In this document: in pieces, positions 50,303 through 59,887 of the stretch
Position numbering within the stretch: the stretch's first letter is position 1
Layout: the number at the start of each line of letters is the position of its first letter
DNA from: Lachnospiraceae bacterium
GTDB taxonomy: Bacteria > Bacillota > Clostridia > Lachnospirales > Lachnospiraceae
Direction: 5' to 3'
Assembly (NCBI GenBank): GCA_045588655.1
Contig: JAZNEP010000007.1
Location: 3,260 to 67,259, forward strand
Length of the DNA stretch: 64,000 bases
Position numbers and translations under genes: made by a program
Notes under the pieces: model-generated
Databases searched by the model: none
Seen by the model: the letters and a program-made list of their open reading frames with translations, nothing else
Told to the model about the DNA's origin: nothing

Positions 50303-51940
50303 TTATTCCTTTATTTCCATTACTTGCGTCAGTGGATCTCCTTCAGAATATGTCACTGTAATCTTTTGTCCTTCTTTATAAGTGACAATGGAAAGAGTCT
50401 CCTCGTTCGAGAGATCAATATCAAAAATTTCTTCATAGCCATCTAATGTAAAATAAATATGTGAAGTACCGTCAATTACCACCGATGCATACGTCTGAAT
50501 AGTTCCGGAAGCAGTCTTTATATCTTCCATTGCTGTATTTTTAAGGCCGTTCATCGACAACAACTGATTATATGCTTTTCTACACTCTTTTACGGTATCA
50601 CCGATTGCCACCCATTGATACTTCTGAATATTTACCATCGCATATTTCTTGACTAGTCCTGCATCGTCTTTTAATGCCATAAAATAAGTCGGCTCATTTG
50701 ATATATTGAGAAGAAGCGGGAAAGTTGCATGATAACCAAGATTTTGAACCTGTCCTTCGGCTGATGACATCGCAGAATCTTCAATTGCACCTTCAATCTC
50801 ATATAATCTTGTTTCCATCGTTCTCTGATTCATCAAAACAAAACCTACATTTGACTGATCACCACTCACACTTGTCACTCCCGAATATACCCACACATCA
50901 TCATCCATTGCAATGTAGTTATATCCGTTAGTTGTCTGCAGACAATCTTTCTGACCGAGCACACTGTTGAAATAACCGTGCTTTAATGTACCGCTATAAT
51001 CGTATAAATCAATCAATAACTCTGCTTGATATACTTTGTCTACCCATTGTGGTACATCTTCTACTTTATAATCCACACATTCACCCGTAATCGCATTGCA
51101 AATCACAACATTACCAACCGTTTGACCACCAAATAATCCAATATTAAATTTTTTGACCGGACATATCCAATAAGGCGTTCCCTCTTCATCAATTTCAAAG
51201 AAAATCTGATCCGCAAATATATAAGTTGGATACTGAAATCTCAGATGTCGAAAAATATAACGGTTAAAATATTCGGACTGAGAGTATTTAATGCCTTCTT
51301 CTAATTTAACGCACTCCGTATTCTGCGTAGTCATATCAATTCGAATATATGCCGGGATTCCGTTTTTCTGATTCGTTAACCATTTAATTACACTTGCATA
51401 TCTAAGCGGGGTCACTCGAACCGGTTTGTCCTGATAATTAATTTGTGTATAATCATCCGCTACTTCAAACTGTGAAACCATATCTACCATACTTCCCATC
51501 TTTCGATTTCCAAGTATGGATGCTGATGCACGATCAAGAAGTGGAATCATATTAAAATCTATTTCCTTAATATCCTGCGTAAACTCTCTCTCCTGTACCG
51601 TCATCAGCTGCTGATATTTCTTTGCATTGATTACCGGTGATGATAATAAAGAGCCTATTATAAAAATCACTCCAAGAACACCGCATAAATAAAAAATATA
51701 TTTCGCAACTTGCATATCGCCTGCTGATACTCTAAGTCCACCACTTGTAAATCTAATATAGCCTGTCTTTTTGGTTGAATAAATCGCTACAGCACATGCA
51801 ATCATAGCAACCAATCCAATCATGAAAGCCCACATTCCGGTTGAATGAATATTAATCGCCGGAATTGTAACATAGTAGTAAACTGCGATTGCAATCAAAA
51901 GTAATACAATAAATAATATCTTATGTGTAATTTTTTTCAT
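50303..51940 (-). CDS. membrane protein with three N-terminal TM helices and a large extracytoplasmic domain (family not recognised)
   Basis: 545 aa; TM helices at about 8-30, 36-56, 82-102; GGAGG SD. Confidence 0.55.
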   Translation of the reverse strand: MKKITHKILFIVLLLIAIAVYYYVTIPAINIHSTGMWAFMIGLVAMIACAVAIYSTKKTGYIRFTSGGLRVSAGDMQVAKYIFYLCGVLGVIFIIGSLLSSPVINAKKYQQLMTVQEREFTQDIKEIDFNMIPLLDRASASILGNRKMGSMVDMVSQFEVADDYTQINYQDKPVRVTPLRYASVIKWLTNQKNGIPAYIRIDMTTQNTECVKLEEGIKYSQSEYFNRYIFRHLRFQYPTYIFADQIFFEIDEEGTPYWICPVKKFNIGLFGGQTVGNVVICNAITGECVDYKVEDVPQWVDKVYQAELLIDLYDYSGTLKHGYFNSVLGQKDCLQTTNGYNYIAMDDDVWVYSGVTSVSGDQSNVGFVLMNQRTMETRLYEIEGAIEDSAMSSAEGQVQNLGYHATFPLLLNISNEPTYFMALKDDAGLVKKYAMVNIQKYQWVAIGDTVKECRKAYNQLLSMNGLKNTAMEDIKTASGTIQTYASVVIDGTSHIYFTLDGYEEIFDIDLSNEETLSIVTYKEGQKITVTYSEGDPLTQVMEIKE

Positions 51941-52013
51941 CTTTTCCTCCGGTCTTATATCACTTTTTTGTATGGTTTAAATCGTACACGCATGCAAATT
52001 ACACCTATAATAA

Positions 52014-52046
52014 ATCCCGATATCCTGGCTGTCAAGATATCGGGAT
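52014..52046. terminator. hairpin terminator downstream of the EF-G-like gene
   Basis: ATCCCGATATC ctggctgtcaa GATATCGGGAT perfect 11-bp stem. Confidence 0.55.
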
Positions 52047-52115
52047 TATTGTTAATGATTATTTCATAATTTAAATAGTTACATTTGAATAACTACAGAT
52101 TTAAGTACCTACCAA

Positions 52116-54206
52116 TTAATCGGTCTCTTCATCTGTCAGTTTGCTCTGTCTTGCTTCTACTTCTTTTTCCTGTACATCAGATGGTGCCTGTTCATAACGT
52201 GAAAATTCGTAAGAATATGTGCCCTGACCACCAGTCATAGATCGAAGTACCGTACAATATCCAAAGAGAGAGCTTACCGGAATATCGGCTTCAATAATCT
52301 GCTTTCCACCCGGCACAGGATTCATTCCAAGCACTCTTCCTCTACGTTTATTCAAATCACCCATGATATCTCCAGTATACGAATCCGGAACACATACTTT
52401 CAATGAGGCGATTGGTTCAAGCAATACCGGCGAACCATCCATAAATCCTTTTTTAAATGCCTGAATTGTCGCTTTTTTGAATGCCATTTCAGAAGAATCA
52501 ACCGGATGATAAGATCCATCGTAAAGAATACCCTTTACTCCAACTACCGGATATGCAGCTAAAGGACCTTTCAATACAGATTCCTGCATTCCTTTTTCAA
52601 CTGCAGGGAAGTAATTCTTAGGAACTGCTCCACCCACAACTTCCTGTTCAAATTCATAAACTTTTTCCAAATCACCCAACGGCTCAAAACGCATCTTTAC
52701 ATGACCATACTGACCGTGTCCACCAGATTGTTTCTTGTATTTTGCTTCTACATCGACTTTCTTTTTGATAGTCTCTCTATAAGCCACCTTCGGTTTAGAT
52801 AATTCAATTTCCACTTTGTACTCATTCAAAAGTCTGCTCACAACAATCTCAAGCTGCTGGTCACCCATACCATAAATCAGCATCTGACCGTTTTCTGTAT
52901 CATTTACTACTTTTAATGTCTGATCTTCATGCGTCATCTTCTGCAAAGATTGCGCTGCTTTATCAATTTCAGATTTGTTTTTCACTTTATAGCGCATATA
53001 GGTATACGGTACCGAAATATCTGCTTTGGCATACTGAATCGGTGTTGCTTTGGTCGATAATGAATTACCTGTTCTTGCTGCTGTAAGTTTGGCTAAAGCA
53101 CCAATATCTCCGGCATGAAGCTCTGATACTTCTACCGGTTTAGAACCTTGCAGTACATATAATTTGCCGATTTTCTCTTCAATATCTTTGTCTTTGTTGT
53201 ATAAAAGATCATCTGTCTTTATTACACCGGAACATACTTTAATTAATGAGTACTTACCAATGTACGGATCCACAATCGTTTTGAATATGTATGCAGATTT
53301 TGCCTTTGAAAAATCGTAATTTGCCTCATATATTTCATTTGTTTTTAAATTAATACCAGCAATTTCTCTGTTTTCCGGACTCGGCATATACTTCACGATA
53401 TCATCAAGAAGCGTGTACACACCCTGACATAAAATGCTTGATCCCATTGAAATAGGTACAAGACTTCCATCCACTACATTATTTCGAAGCGCTGCACGAA
53501 TTTCATCCGGTGAGAAGGTTTCTCCTGAGAAATAACGATCCATCATTTCTTCTGAGGTCTCTGCCACCGCTTCCATCAATGTCTCTCTGTATGTTTCCAA
53601 GTAAGGCACACTATACTCTGGAATAGTGTCTTCAAGCGCATCCTTACCCTGCCAACGATAGCCTGTTTCACTGACAACATTTACATATCCTACAAATTTT
53701 TCATTTTCACGGATTGGAAAATGGAATGGTGCAATTTTCTTACCATAAGCTTCTGTCAAATCTTCCACTACCTGTTTAAAGGATGCATTATCCACATCCA
53801 TATCTGATACGTACACCATACGTGGGAGTTTATATTTATCACAAAGTTCCCATGCTTTTAAAGATCCGACTTCCACTCCCGCTTTTCCGGAGATTACGAT
53901 AATCGCTGCATCTGCTGCAGAAACCGCTTCCTCCACTTCACCTACAAAATCAAAATATCCAGGAGTATCCAAGATGTTAATTTTGGTATCTTCCCATTCG
54001 ATCGGAATCATACTTGTTGAAATGGAAAAATGACGTTTCTGTTCTTCCTTTCCATAATCACTGACCGTATTTCCATCAGTTACTTTTCCGATTCTGGAAG
54101 TGATACCACTAAGGTATGCCATTGCTTCTGCCAAAGATGTCTTACCACATCCACCATGTCCAAGCAATACGATGTTTCGAATTTTATCCGTTGTGTAGAC
54201 CTTCAT
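52116..54206 (-). CDS. EF-G-family translational GTPase paralog with degenerate G motifs
   Basis: Full five-domain EF-G length (696 aa). G1 GHGGCGKTS; G3 DTPGY (catalytic His replaced by Tyr); G4 SDMD instead of NKxD. Not Tet(M)/Tet(O)-like at the N-terminus. Confidence 0.75.
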   Translation of the reverse strand: MKVYTTDKIRNIVLLGHGGCGKTSLAEAMAYLSGITSRIGKVTDGNTVSDYGKEEQKRHFSISTSMIPIEWEDTKINILDTPGYFDFVGEVEEAVSAADAAIIVISGKAGVEVGSLKAWELCDKYKLPRMVYVSDMDVDNASFKQVVEDLTEAYGKKIAPFHFPIRENEKFVGYVNVVSETGYRWQGKDALEDTIPEYSVPYLETYRETLMEAVAETSEEMMDRYFSGETFSPDEIRAALRNNVVDGSLVPISMGSSILCQGVYTLLDDIVKYMPSPENREIAGINLKTNEIYEANYDFSKAKSAYIFKTIVDPYIGKYSLIKVCSGVIKTDDLLYNKDKDIEEKIGKLYVLQGSKPVEVSELHAGDIGALAKLTAARTGNSLSTKATPIQYAKADISVPYTYMRYKVKNKSEIDKAAQSLQKMTHEDQTLKVVNDTENGQMLIYGMGDQQLEIVVSRLLNEYKVEIELSKPKVAYRETIKKKVDVEAKYKKQSGGHGQYGHVKMRFEPLGDLEKVYEFEQEVVGGAVPKNYFPAVEKGMQESVLKGPLAAYPVVGVKGILYDGSYHPVDSSEMAFKKATIQAFKKGFMDGSPVLLEPIASLKVCVPDSYTGDIMGDLNKRRGRVLGMNPVPGGKQIIEADIPVSSLFGYCTVLRSMTGGQGTYSYEFSRYEQAPSDVQEKEVEARQSKLTDEETD

Positions 54207-54365
54207 TATTTGCTACCTCCAAGTTTTTAATTTTGTAACGATTCTACCTTCGACCCGGAATTGGCTGACAACTCCTCGCTACATAGGTACATTTTACTAA
54301 ATTGTATCGTTTTTTACAATCATTTTTTGTAAATATACCCAAAAAAATTTAAATATTCTATCCGA

Positions 54366-54394
54366 TTGACATTCGCGCTTTAAAGGACTAAAAT
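54366..54394 (+). promoter_or_regulatory. sigma-A-type promoter (TTGACA-17-TAAAAT) for tyrA-aroA
   Basis: TTGACAttcgcgctttaaaggacTAAAAT, 38 nt upstream of tyrA ATG. Confidence 0.45.
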
Positions 54395-54432
54395 ACAAAA
54401 AGATAGATTATATACCAGAAGAGGATAACATT

Positions 54433-55548
54433 ATGTCTCATACAATATATGATTTTAACAAGATTACATGCAGTTTCATTGGTCTTGGACTGATTGGCGG
54501 TTCCATTGCCAAGGCATTGCGTCAAGCCTATCCTAATATCCGATTGATTGCATACGATCTTGATAAAGCATCTTTAAAACTGGCTTTAGAACAAAACGTC
54601 ATTTCACAATATGAAACTTCACTCTGCTCTGACTTATTTCAGTGTGATTTTCTTTTTTTATGTGCTCCGGTCAATCGTAATGATACCATGCTCAAAGAGA
54701 TTGGAAATAAAATAAAAGCCGGAACAATAATTACCGATGTGGGCAGCGTCAAACAGACTACCCATCAGGCAATTATGGAAGCCGGATTATCTCATATGTT
54801 TATCGGTGGCCATCCAATGGCCGGAAGTGAAAAAACCGGTTTTTCCAATTCCAATCCTCTTCTTTTAGAAAATGCATATTATATCCTGACCCCAACTAAA
54901 GAGGTACCGACATCAAAAGTAGATGAACTAAAAGCACTCATACAAGCACTTGGGGCACTTCCACTTGTTCTTGACAGTAACAAGCACGATTATATTACTG
55001 CTGCAGTCAGCCACATTCCACATATCATCTCTGCCTGCCTTGTTAATCTGGTACAAAAGTCAGATGATGCAGACGGACTTATGAAAATGATTGCGGCCGG
55101 AGGTTTTAAAGATATCACACGAATCTCATCCTCATCCCCTGTCATGTGGCAATCTATATGTTTAACCAACACAGAAAATATTCGTAAACTACTTTCTTCT
55201 TATATTCAGGATTTACAGGCGGTAGAAAAAGATTTGGAATCACGTTCCAAACAAGAACTATTTGATTTGTTTTCCACTGCAAAGGAATATAGAGATGGTT
55301 TTGCTTCCGGAGGATATGGTCCGATTAAGAAAGAATATGATATTTATGTGGATATTCCGGACATTCCGGGTTCTTTGGCACAAACAGCCAATATACTTGC
55401 ACTTCATGGACTTAGTATAAAAAATATCGGAATCATGCATTCAAGAGAATTTCAAGAAGGAGCACTTCGCATTGAGTTTTATGACGAAGCAACAGAAAAA
55501 ACTGCAATAGACGTATTACGAAAAAATCATTATACGATATATGAATAA
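54433..55548 (+). CDS. tyrA: prephenate dehydrogenase with C-terminal ACT domain
   Basis: Rossmann GLGLIGGSIA; PDH domain (...HMFIGGHPMAGSE...); ACT-like tail. Confidence 0.9.
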   Translation: MSHTIYDFNKITCSFIGLGLIGGSIAKALRQAYPNIRLIAYDLDKASLKLALEQNVISQYETSLCSDLFQCDFLFLCAPVNRNDTMLKEIGNKIKAGTIITDVGSVKQTTHQAIMEAGLSHMFIGGHPMAGSEKTGFSNSNPLLLENAYYILTPTKEVPTSKVDELKALIQALGALPLVLDSNKHDYITAAVSHIPHIISACLVNLVQKSDDADGLMKMIAAGGFKDITRISSSSPVMWQSICLTNTENIRKLLSSYIQDLQAVEKDLESRSKQELFDLFSTAKEYRDGFASGGYGPIKKEYDIYVDIPDIPGSLAQTANILALHGLSIKNIGIMHSREFQEGALRIEFYDEATEKTAIDVLRKNHYTIYE

Positions 55549-55600
55549 AATTATATTTCTCATGATTTGGTTATAAAATTGATATAAAGGAGTCTTATAT

Positions 55601-56878
55601 ATGTTACTAAAGCACGCAAAAAAAATGACTGGTACCGTCAGCGTACCCGGCGACAAATCGATTTCACATCGTGCAGTTATGTTTGGTTCATTAGCCAAAG
55701 GTACTACACGAGTTACGCATTTTTTACAAGGAGCAGACTGTCTTTCAACCATTGCCTGCTTCAAAAAGCTAGGAATAGAGATTGAAAACAATCCAGACGA
55801 GATTTTGATTCACGGAAAAGGCCTTCACGGACTAACGGCTCCATCCGAAATTCTTGACGCCGGCAACAGCGGAACCACCACCAGACTCATCGCAGGCATT
55901 TTAGCTGCACAGAATTTTAACGTTACACTGACCGGGGATGCTTCTATTTGTAAGCGCCCTATGAAGCGGATTATTACGCCACTTTCTATGATGGGAGCTC
56001 ATATAACAAGTAAAGCCGGAAATGATTGTGCACCACTCTATATCGAAGGTACACAATTACACGGAATTCATTACAATTCACCGGTTGCTTCCGCTCAGGT
56101 AAAATCATCCATCCTTCTGGCCGGACTATACGCAGATAGTAAGACCAGTGTTACAGAACCGTTTTTAAGCCGCAATCATACAGAACTTATGCTTCGCGCA
56201 TTTGGTGCCACAGTTACCAGTCAGGAAACAACAGCGGTGATTGAACCAGCCCCTGCTCTTCATGCCATGGAAATTGATGTTCCGGGAGATATCTCATCCG
56301 CTGCTTATTTTATTGCAGCCGGACTCATTGTTCCAAATTCTGAGATATTAATCAAAAATGTCGGAATCAACAAAACCAGAGATGGAATTTTAAAAGTAGC
56401 ATTAGAAATGGGGGGCGATATCACCATAATGAATGAACGTAGCAACGGTGGTGAACCAACTGCAGACCTTCTTGTACGTTCCTCAAATTTAAATGGAATC
56501 ACAATCGAAGGTGAACTGATTCCTACATTAATTGATGAAATACCTGTCATTGCTGTGATGGCGGCCGTCGCCAGCGGAACTACCATAATAAAAGATGCCG
56601 CCGAATTAAAGGTAAAAGAATCCGACCGCATCGCTATTGTTACCGAAAATCTCAAAAAAATGGGATGTGACATTACTCCGACAGATGACGGAATGATTAT
56701 AAATGGAGGAAAACCGCTCCATGGCTCTTCTCTTGATTCCTATCTGGATCATCGAATTGCCATGAGTTTTGCAATCGCTGCACTGATTGCAGATGGGGAT
56801 ACGGAAATGAAAGATGCCGAATGTGTCAACATCTCATATCCGACCTTTTATTCTGATCTAAACGGACTCATTTCCTAA
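55601..56878 (+). CDS. aroA: 3-phosphoshikimate 1-carboxyvinyltransferase (EPSP synthase)
   Basis: ...VPGDKSISHRAVMFGSLA..., about 425 aa; AAAGGAG SD. Confidence 0.95.
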   Translation: MLLKHAKKMTGTVSVPGDKSISHRAVMFGSLAKGTTRVTHFLQGADCLSTIACFKKLGIEIENNPDEILIHGKGLHGLTAPSEILDAGNSGTTTRLIAGILAAQNFNVTLTGDASICKRPMKRIITPLSMMGAHITSKAGNDCAPLYIEGTQLHGIHYNSPVASAQVKSSILLAGLYADSKTSVTEPFLSRNHTELMLRAFGATVTSQETTAVIEPAPALHAMEIDVPGDISSAAYFIAAGLIVPNSEILIKNVGINKTRDGILKVALEMGGDITIMNERSNGGEPTADLLVRSSNLNGITIEGELIPTLIDEIPVIAVMAAVASGTTIIKDAAELKVKESDRIAIVTENLKKMGCDITPTDDGMIINGGKPLHGSSLDSYLDHRIAMSFAIAALIADGDTEMKDAECVNISYPTFYSDLNGLIS

Positions 56879-57821
56879 TCAACCACAAAATACATTCGAT
56901 TACAGGCATTTGAAATAAATAAATCGGATAGGTCCAAGAAGAAAGTCTTGCAAACAGGACTTTCTTTTTTTCGTCCATCGGTATTCGTGATACAAAAAGC
57001 ATCAATACAGCCACAGCATATAGCGCAATTACCACAAAATCAATCCCACTTCTGCGCCCAAAATTAGTATAAATAAATACACATGAAAGAATCAGATTTG
57101 CAAAAATATACAAAACAAGCATGCTCTTATGCTTTTTACCCTTTTCCTCTCCCTCAATCTGACTATTCCACTTATGATATATATAGTTGGACAGAAAACC
57201 AACAAATATCCCCAGAGAAAGTCCTGCTATAGCACGCAAAACCGCATGATAGGAAAAAATCACATCAATCTTTCGAATCAACTCAAAATAATATTGGTAA
57301 ATCAAAAACGAAATCATCGGACACAGAATATATCCGCCGACTTTTCCGGTGAGCATTAATAATCCAAGCAACAGTACGCTCCCCCAAAACAGAGAAGCGA
57401 CATACCAATTTGCACTAATCAGTACCTCATTCCCTAGAGGTCCGCATTGCAACATAAGAAACTCCGCCCAACCGGATTTGACATAGTGCACCACATCCCA
57501 CACCGACCAGTGATTTTGTATTATTTTAACTAAAAGCATACAAAAAAGGCTGATCAGATATAACGGGTATAACCGAATTAGTCTGGCTCCAATATAGTAG
57601 CCAAACTGAGCTAATCGCTCCGCAAATCTTCCGCCTTTCATTTTTTGCGTATAAAATGAATATATGCCATAACCAGAGAGAACAAAAAAGAACTCCACGC
57701 CCAAATATCCTGCTCTGAAAATTTTAGAATCAATTTTTGAAAAAAAATGAAAACCGAGCACGGCAATACAGAAGAAAAATCTCCATAATTCAACTGTATG
57801 CTCTCTGCCCGGTTTTCTCAT
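56868..57821 (-). CDS. acyltransferase-3 family membrane protein (OatA-like membrane domain only)
   Basis: 317 aa polytopic; conserved N-terminal ...FFFCIAVLGFHFF...; 3' end overlaps aroA convergently by about 11 nt. Confidence 0.75.
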   Translation of the reverse strand: MRKPGREHTVELWRFFFCIAVLGFHFFSKIDSKIFRAGYLGVEFFFVLSGYGIYSFYTQKMKGGRFAERLAQFGYYIGARLIRLYPLYLISLFCMLLVKIIQNHWSVWDVVHYVKSGWAEFLMLQCGPLGNEVLISANWYVASLFWGSVLLLGLLMLTGKVGGYILCPMISFLIYQYYFELIRKIDVIFSYHAVLRAIAGLSLGIFVGFLSNYIYHKWNSQIEGEEKGKKHKSMLVLYIFANLILSCVFIYTNFGRRSGIDFVVIALYAVAVLMLFVSRIPMDEKKKVLFARLSSWTYPIYLFQMPVIECILWLIRK

Positions 57822-57844
57822 ATTTCATATTTCCATTTCAGTTA

Positions 57845-58372
57845 TTAAAATCCAAGTTTTGCTTTTTCCTTCTGGTACTCTTCTTCACTTAAGATACCAT
57901 TTGATTTTAATAGATTTAATTTATTTAATTTTTCCTGTGCATCTCCGGATGGACCTCCATCTGCTCCGCCACCGGCTCCTAACACCTTACTCTTAGCATC
58001 TGCTAAGGCAGATTTTAAACCTGCTTCATCACCTAACTGTGGTAAGATAACATAACGCTCTAAACCTGCATCAGTCTTTACATGAATCATCGGCGCAGGT
58101 TTTCCATTGTATGAGCCTTGTCCAACTTCCTGTGCAAAATTTATGTAATGGTTAAAGTTATCCACACGACCATTGGTACCACTAGACGAAGTACTGATAA
58201 CACCAATACCATTAATTCTTGCATTTGAAATCTTAATCTGGAAATCTTCTACTTTTTTTACAAGTAATCCTTCTTTGTAGGTCCATTCTTTCGAATATAC
58301 AACCTGCTCTGAACGAATACAACTGTTGCAAACTTCCCCAACAGAGTCCTTTTTACAAATACAACACTGCAT
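57845..58372 (-). CDS. zinc-ribbon plus SHOCT-domain protein
   Basis: N-terminal C4 motif CCICKKDSVGEVCNSC; Gly-rich linker; C-terminal SHOCT-type tail ...NGILSEEEYQKEKAKLGF. Confidence 0.55.
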   Translation of the reverse strand: MQCCICKKDSVGEVCNSCIRSEQVVYSKEWTYKEGLLVKKVEDFQIKISNARINGIGVISTSSSGTNGRVDNFNHYINFAQEVGQGSYNGKPAPMIHVKTDAGLERYVILPQLGDEAGLKSALADAKSKVLGAGGGADGGPSGDAQEKLNKLNLLKSNGILSEEEYQKEKAKLGF

Positions 58373-58400
58373 ATACTCTTCTCCTTTTCATCTAGTCTTT

Positions 58401-58742
58401 TTATTCTTCTGTTACAGTATTCACTGTATCATAGACCTCAATACGAGCCGCATCCATCTCCGGCATACCGATAAAAATACCACCATAGACAAACGTATCT
58501 GCTTCTTTCTCAATACGAACGATTTCTATAAAAGCATGTAACACTTCTTTCGTCCATATCGTAAGATAAGCCTCATATACTGCTCCAATCTCAAGTGGTT
58601 TCTTACAAGAAAATCCGACACCAGTCTTTGAAACATCAATGATTTCAATATGAACATCTTGCATTTCATCAGGACTACCCAGTCTTTTAATTATTATTCT
58701 GGATTCCAGTTCGATTCTCTTGTTTTTCCTTCTATCTTCCAC
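58401..58742 (-). CDS. stand-alone PilZ-domain c-di-GMP receptor (GTG start)
   Basis: RRKNKR (RxxxR) and DVSKTGVGF (D/NxSxxG) c-di-GMP-binding motifs, 113 aa. Confidence 0.8.
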   Translation of the reverse strand: MEDRRKNKRIELESRIIIKRLGSPDEMQDVHIEIIDVSKTGVGFSCKKPLEIGAVYEAYLTIWTKEVLHAFIEIVRIEKEADTFVYGGIFIGMPEMDAARIEVYDTVNTVTEE

Positions 58743-58851
58743 AAGCGACCCCTTTCCTTATCAGAAGAATGTACCCCATAAATTTATAATGTTATTTTAT
58801 CAAATTATGTCTACTTTGGCAACCAATTTTTATAAGATTCACCTAGTGTTT

Positions 58852-59886
58852 TCAAAGGATAAGCATAGCGTCACCAAACGAAAAAAATCTATATTTTTCC
58901 TTTACTGCAGTTTCATATGCCCCCAGTACCTGTTCTCTTCCAGCCAGAGCCGATACCAGCATAATCAGTGTTGATTCCGGTAGATGAAAGTTGGTAATCA
59001 GACCGTCCAAAATTTTAAATTGATATCCCGGATAGATGAATATTTCGGTATGATCACATCCCGGTTGCAATATACCATCCGCATCCGCCGCGCTCTCTAT
59101 AGTACGACAACTAGTGGTCCCGACACAGATGACACGCTTTCCTGCACGTTTTGTTTCATTAATCATATCAGCCGCCTCTTTTGACACCTGATAATATTCA
59201 GAATGCATATGGTGATTGAGCACGTTCTCTTCTTTTACCGGTCGAAATGTTCCAAGACCAACATGCAGAGTAACATATGCTATTTTTACACCCTTTTCTT
59301 CAATCTCTTTGAGCAAAGCAGGCGTAAAGTGAAGTCCTGCCGTCGGAGCCGCCGCACTGCCTTCATATTTGGCATATACGGTTTGATAACGCGTTTTATC
59401 TTCCAGTTTATGTGTAATATAAGGCGGAAGCGGCATTTCACCAAGCTGATCCAGAATTTCTTCAAAAATTCCTTCATACTCAAACTGTATCAGACGGTTT
59501 CCCTCTTCGAGCACTTCCTTCACTTCTGCTCTTAAAAGTCCGTCACCAAACACCAGCCTTGCGCCCGGCCTTGCTTTTTTTCCCGGTTTTACCAACGTCT
59601 CCCACATATCATTTTCTTTTCTTTTAAGCAAAAGAACTTCTATGGCCGCACCGGTATCTTCCTTTGTCGCAAAGAGTCTGGCCGGGATGACTTTCGTGTC
59701 GTTTAAGACAAGACAGTCACCCTCCTTAAGATAATCAATCACATCTTTAAAAATATGATGCTCTATCTCACCTGTTATTTTATTTAGTTTTAAAAGTTTT
59801 GAACTGCTTCTTTCACTGAGCGGATCTTGTGCAATCAGTTCCTGTGGCAGATCAAAATAAAAATCTGATTTTTTTAATTCTGTCAT
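58852..59886 (-). CDS. queA: S-adenosylmethionine:tRNA ribosyltransferase-isomerase
   Basis: [23 protein letters not shown]... canonical QueA N-terminus; begins 1-2 nt after pheT stop. Confidence 0.95.
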   Translation of the reverse strand: MTELKKSDFYFDLPQELIAQDPLSERSSSKLLKLNKITGEIEHHIFKDVIDYLKEGDCLVLNDTKVIPARLFATKEDTGAAIEVLLLKRKENDMWETLVKPGKKARPGARLVFGDGLLRAEVKEVLEEGNRLIQFEYEGIFEEILDQLGEMPLPPYITHKLEDKTRYQTVYAKYEGSAAAPTAGLHFTPALLKEIEEKGVKIAYVTLHVGLGTFRPVKEENVLNHHMHSEYYQVSKEAADMINETKRAGKRVICVGTTSCRTIESAADADGILQPGCDHTEIFIYPGYQFKILDGLITNFHLPESTLIMLVSALAGREQVLGAYETAVKEKYRFFSFGDAMLIL

Positions 59887-59887
59887 C

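Noticed and set aside
52116-54206. Tet(M)/Tet(O)-type ribosomal protection protein
   Set aside because: The N-terminal G domain (GHGGCGKTS, DTPGY, SDMD) differs from both canonical EF-G and Tet(M)/Tet(O) (which keep AHVDAGKTT, DTPGH, NKxD). It is called a divergent EF-G paralog instead.
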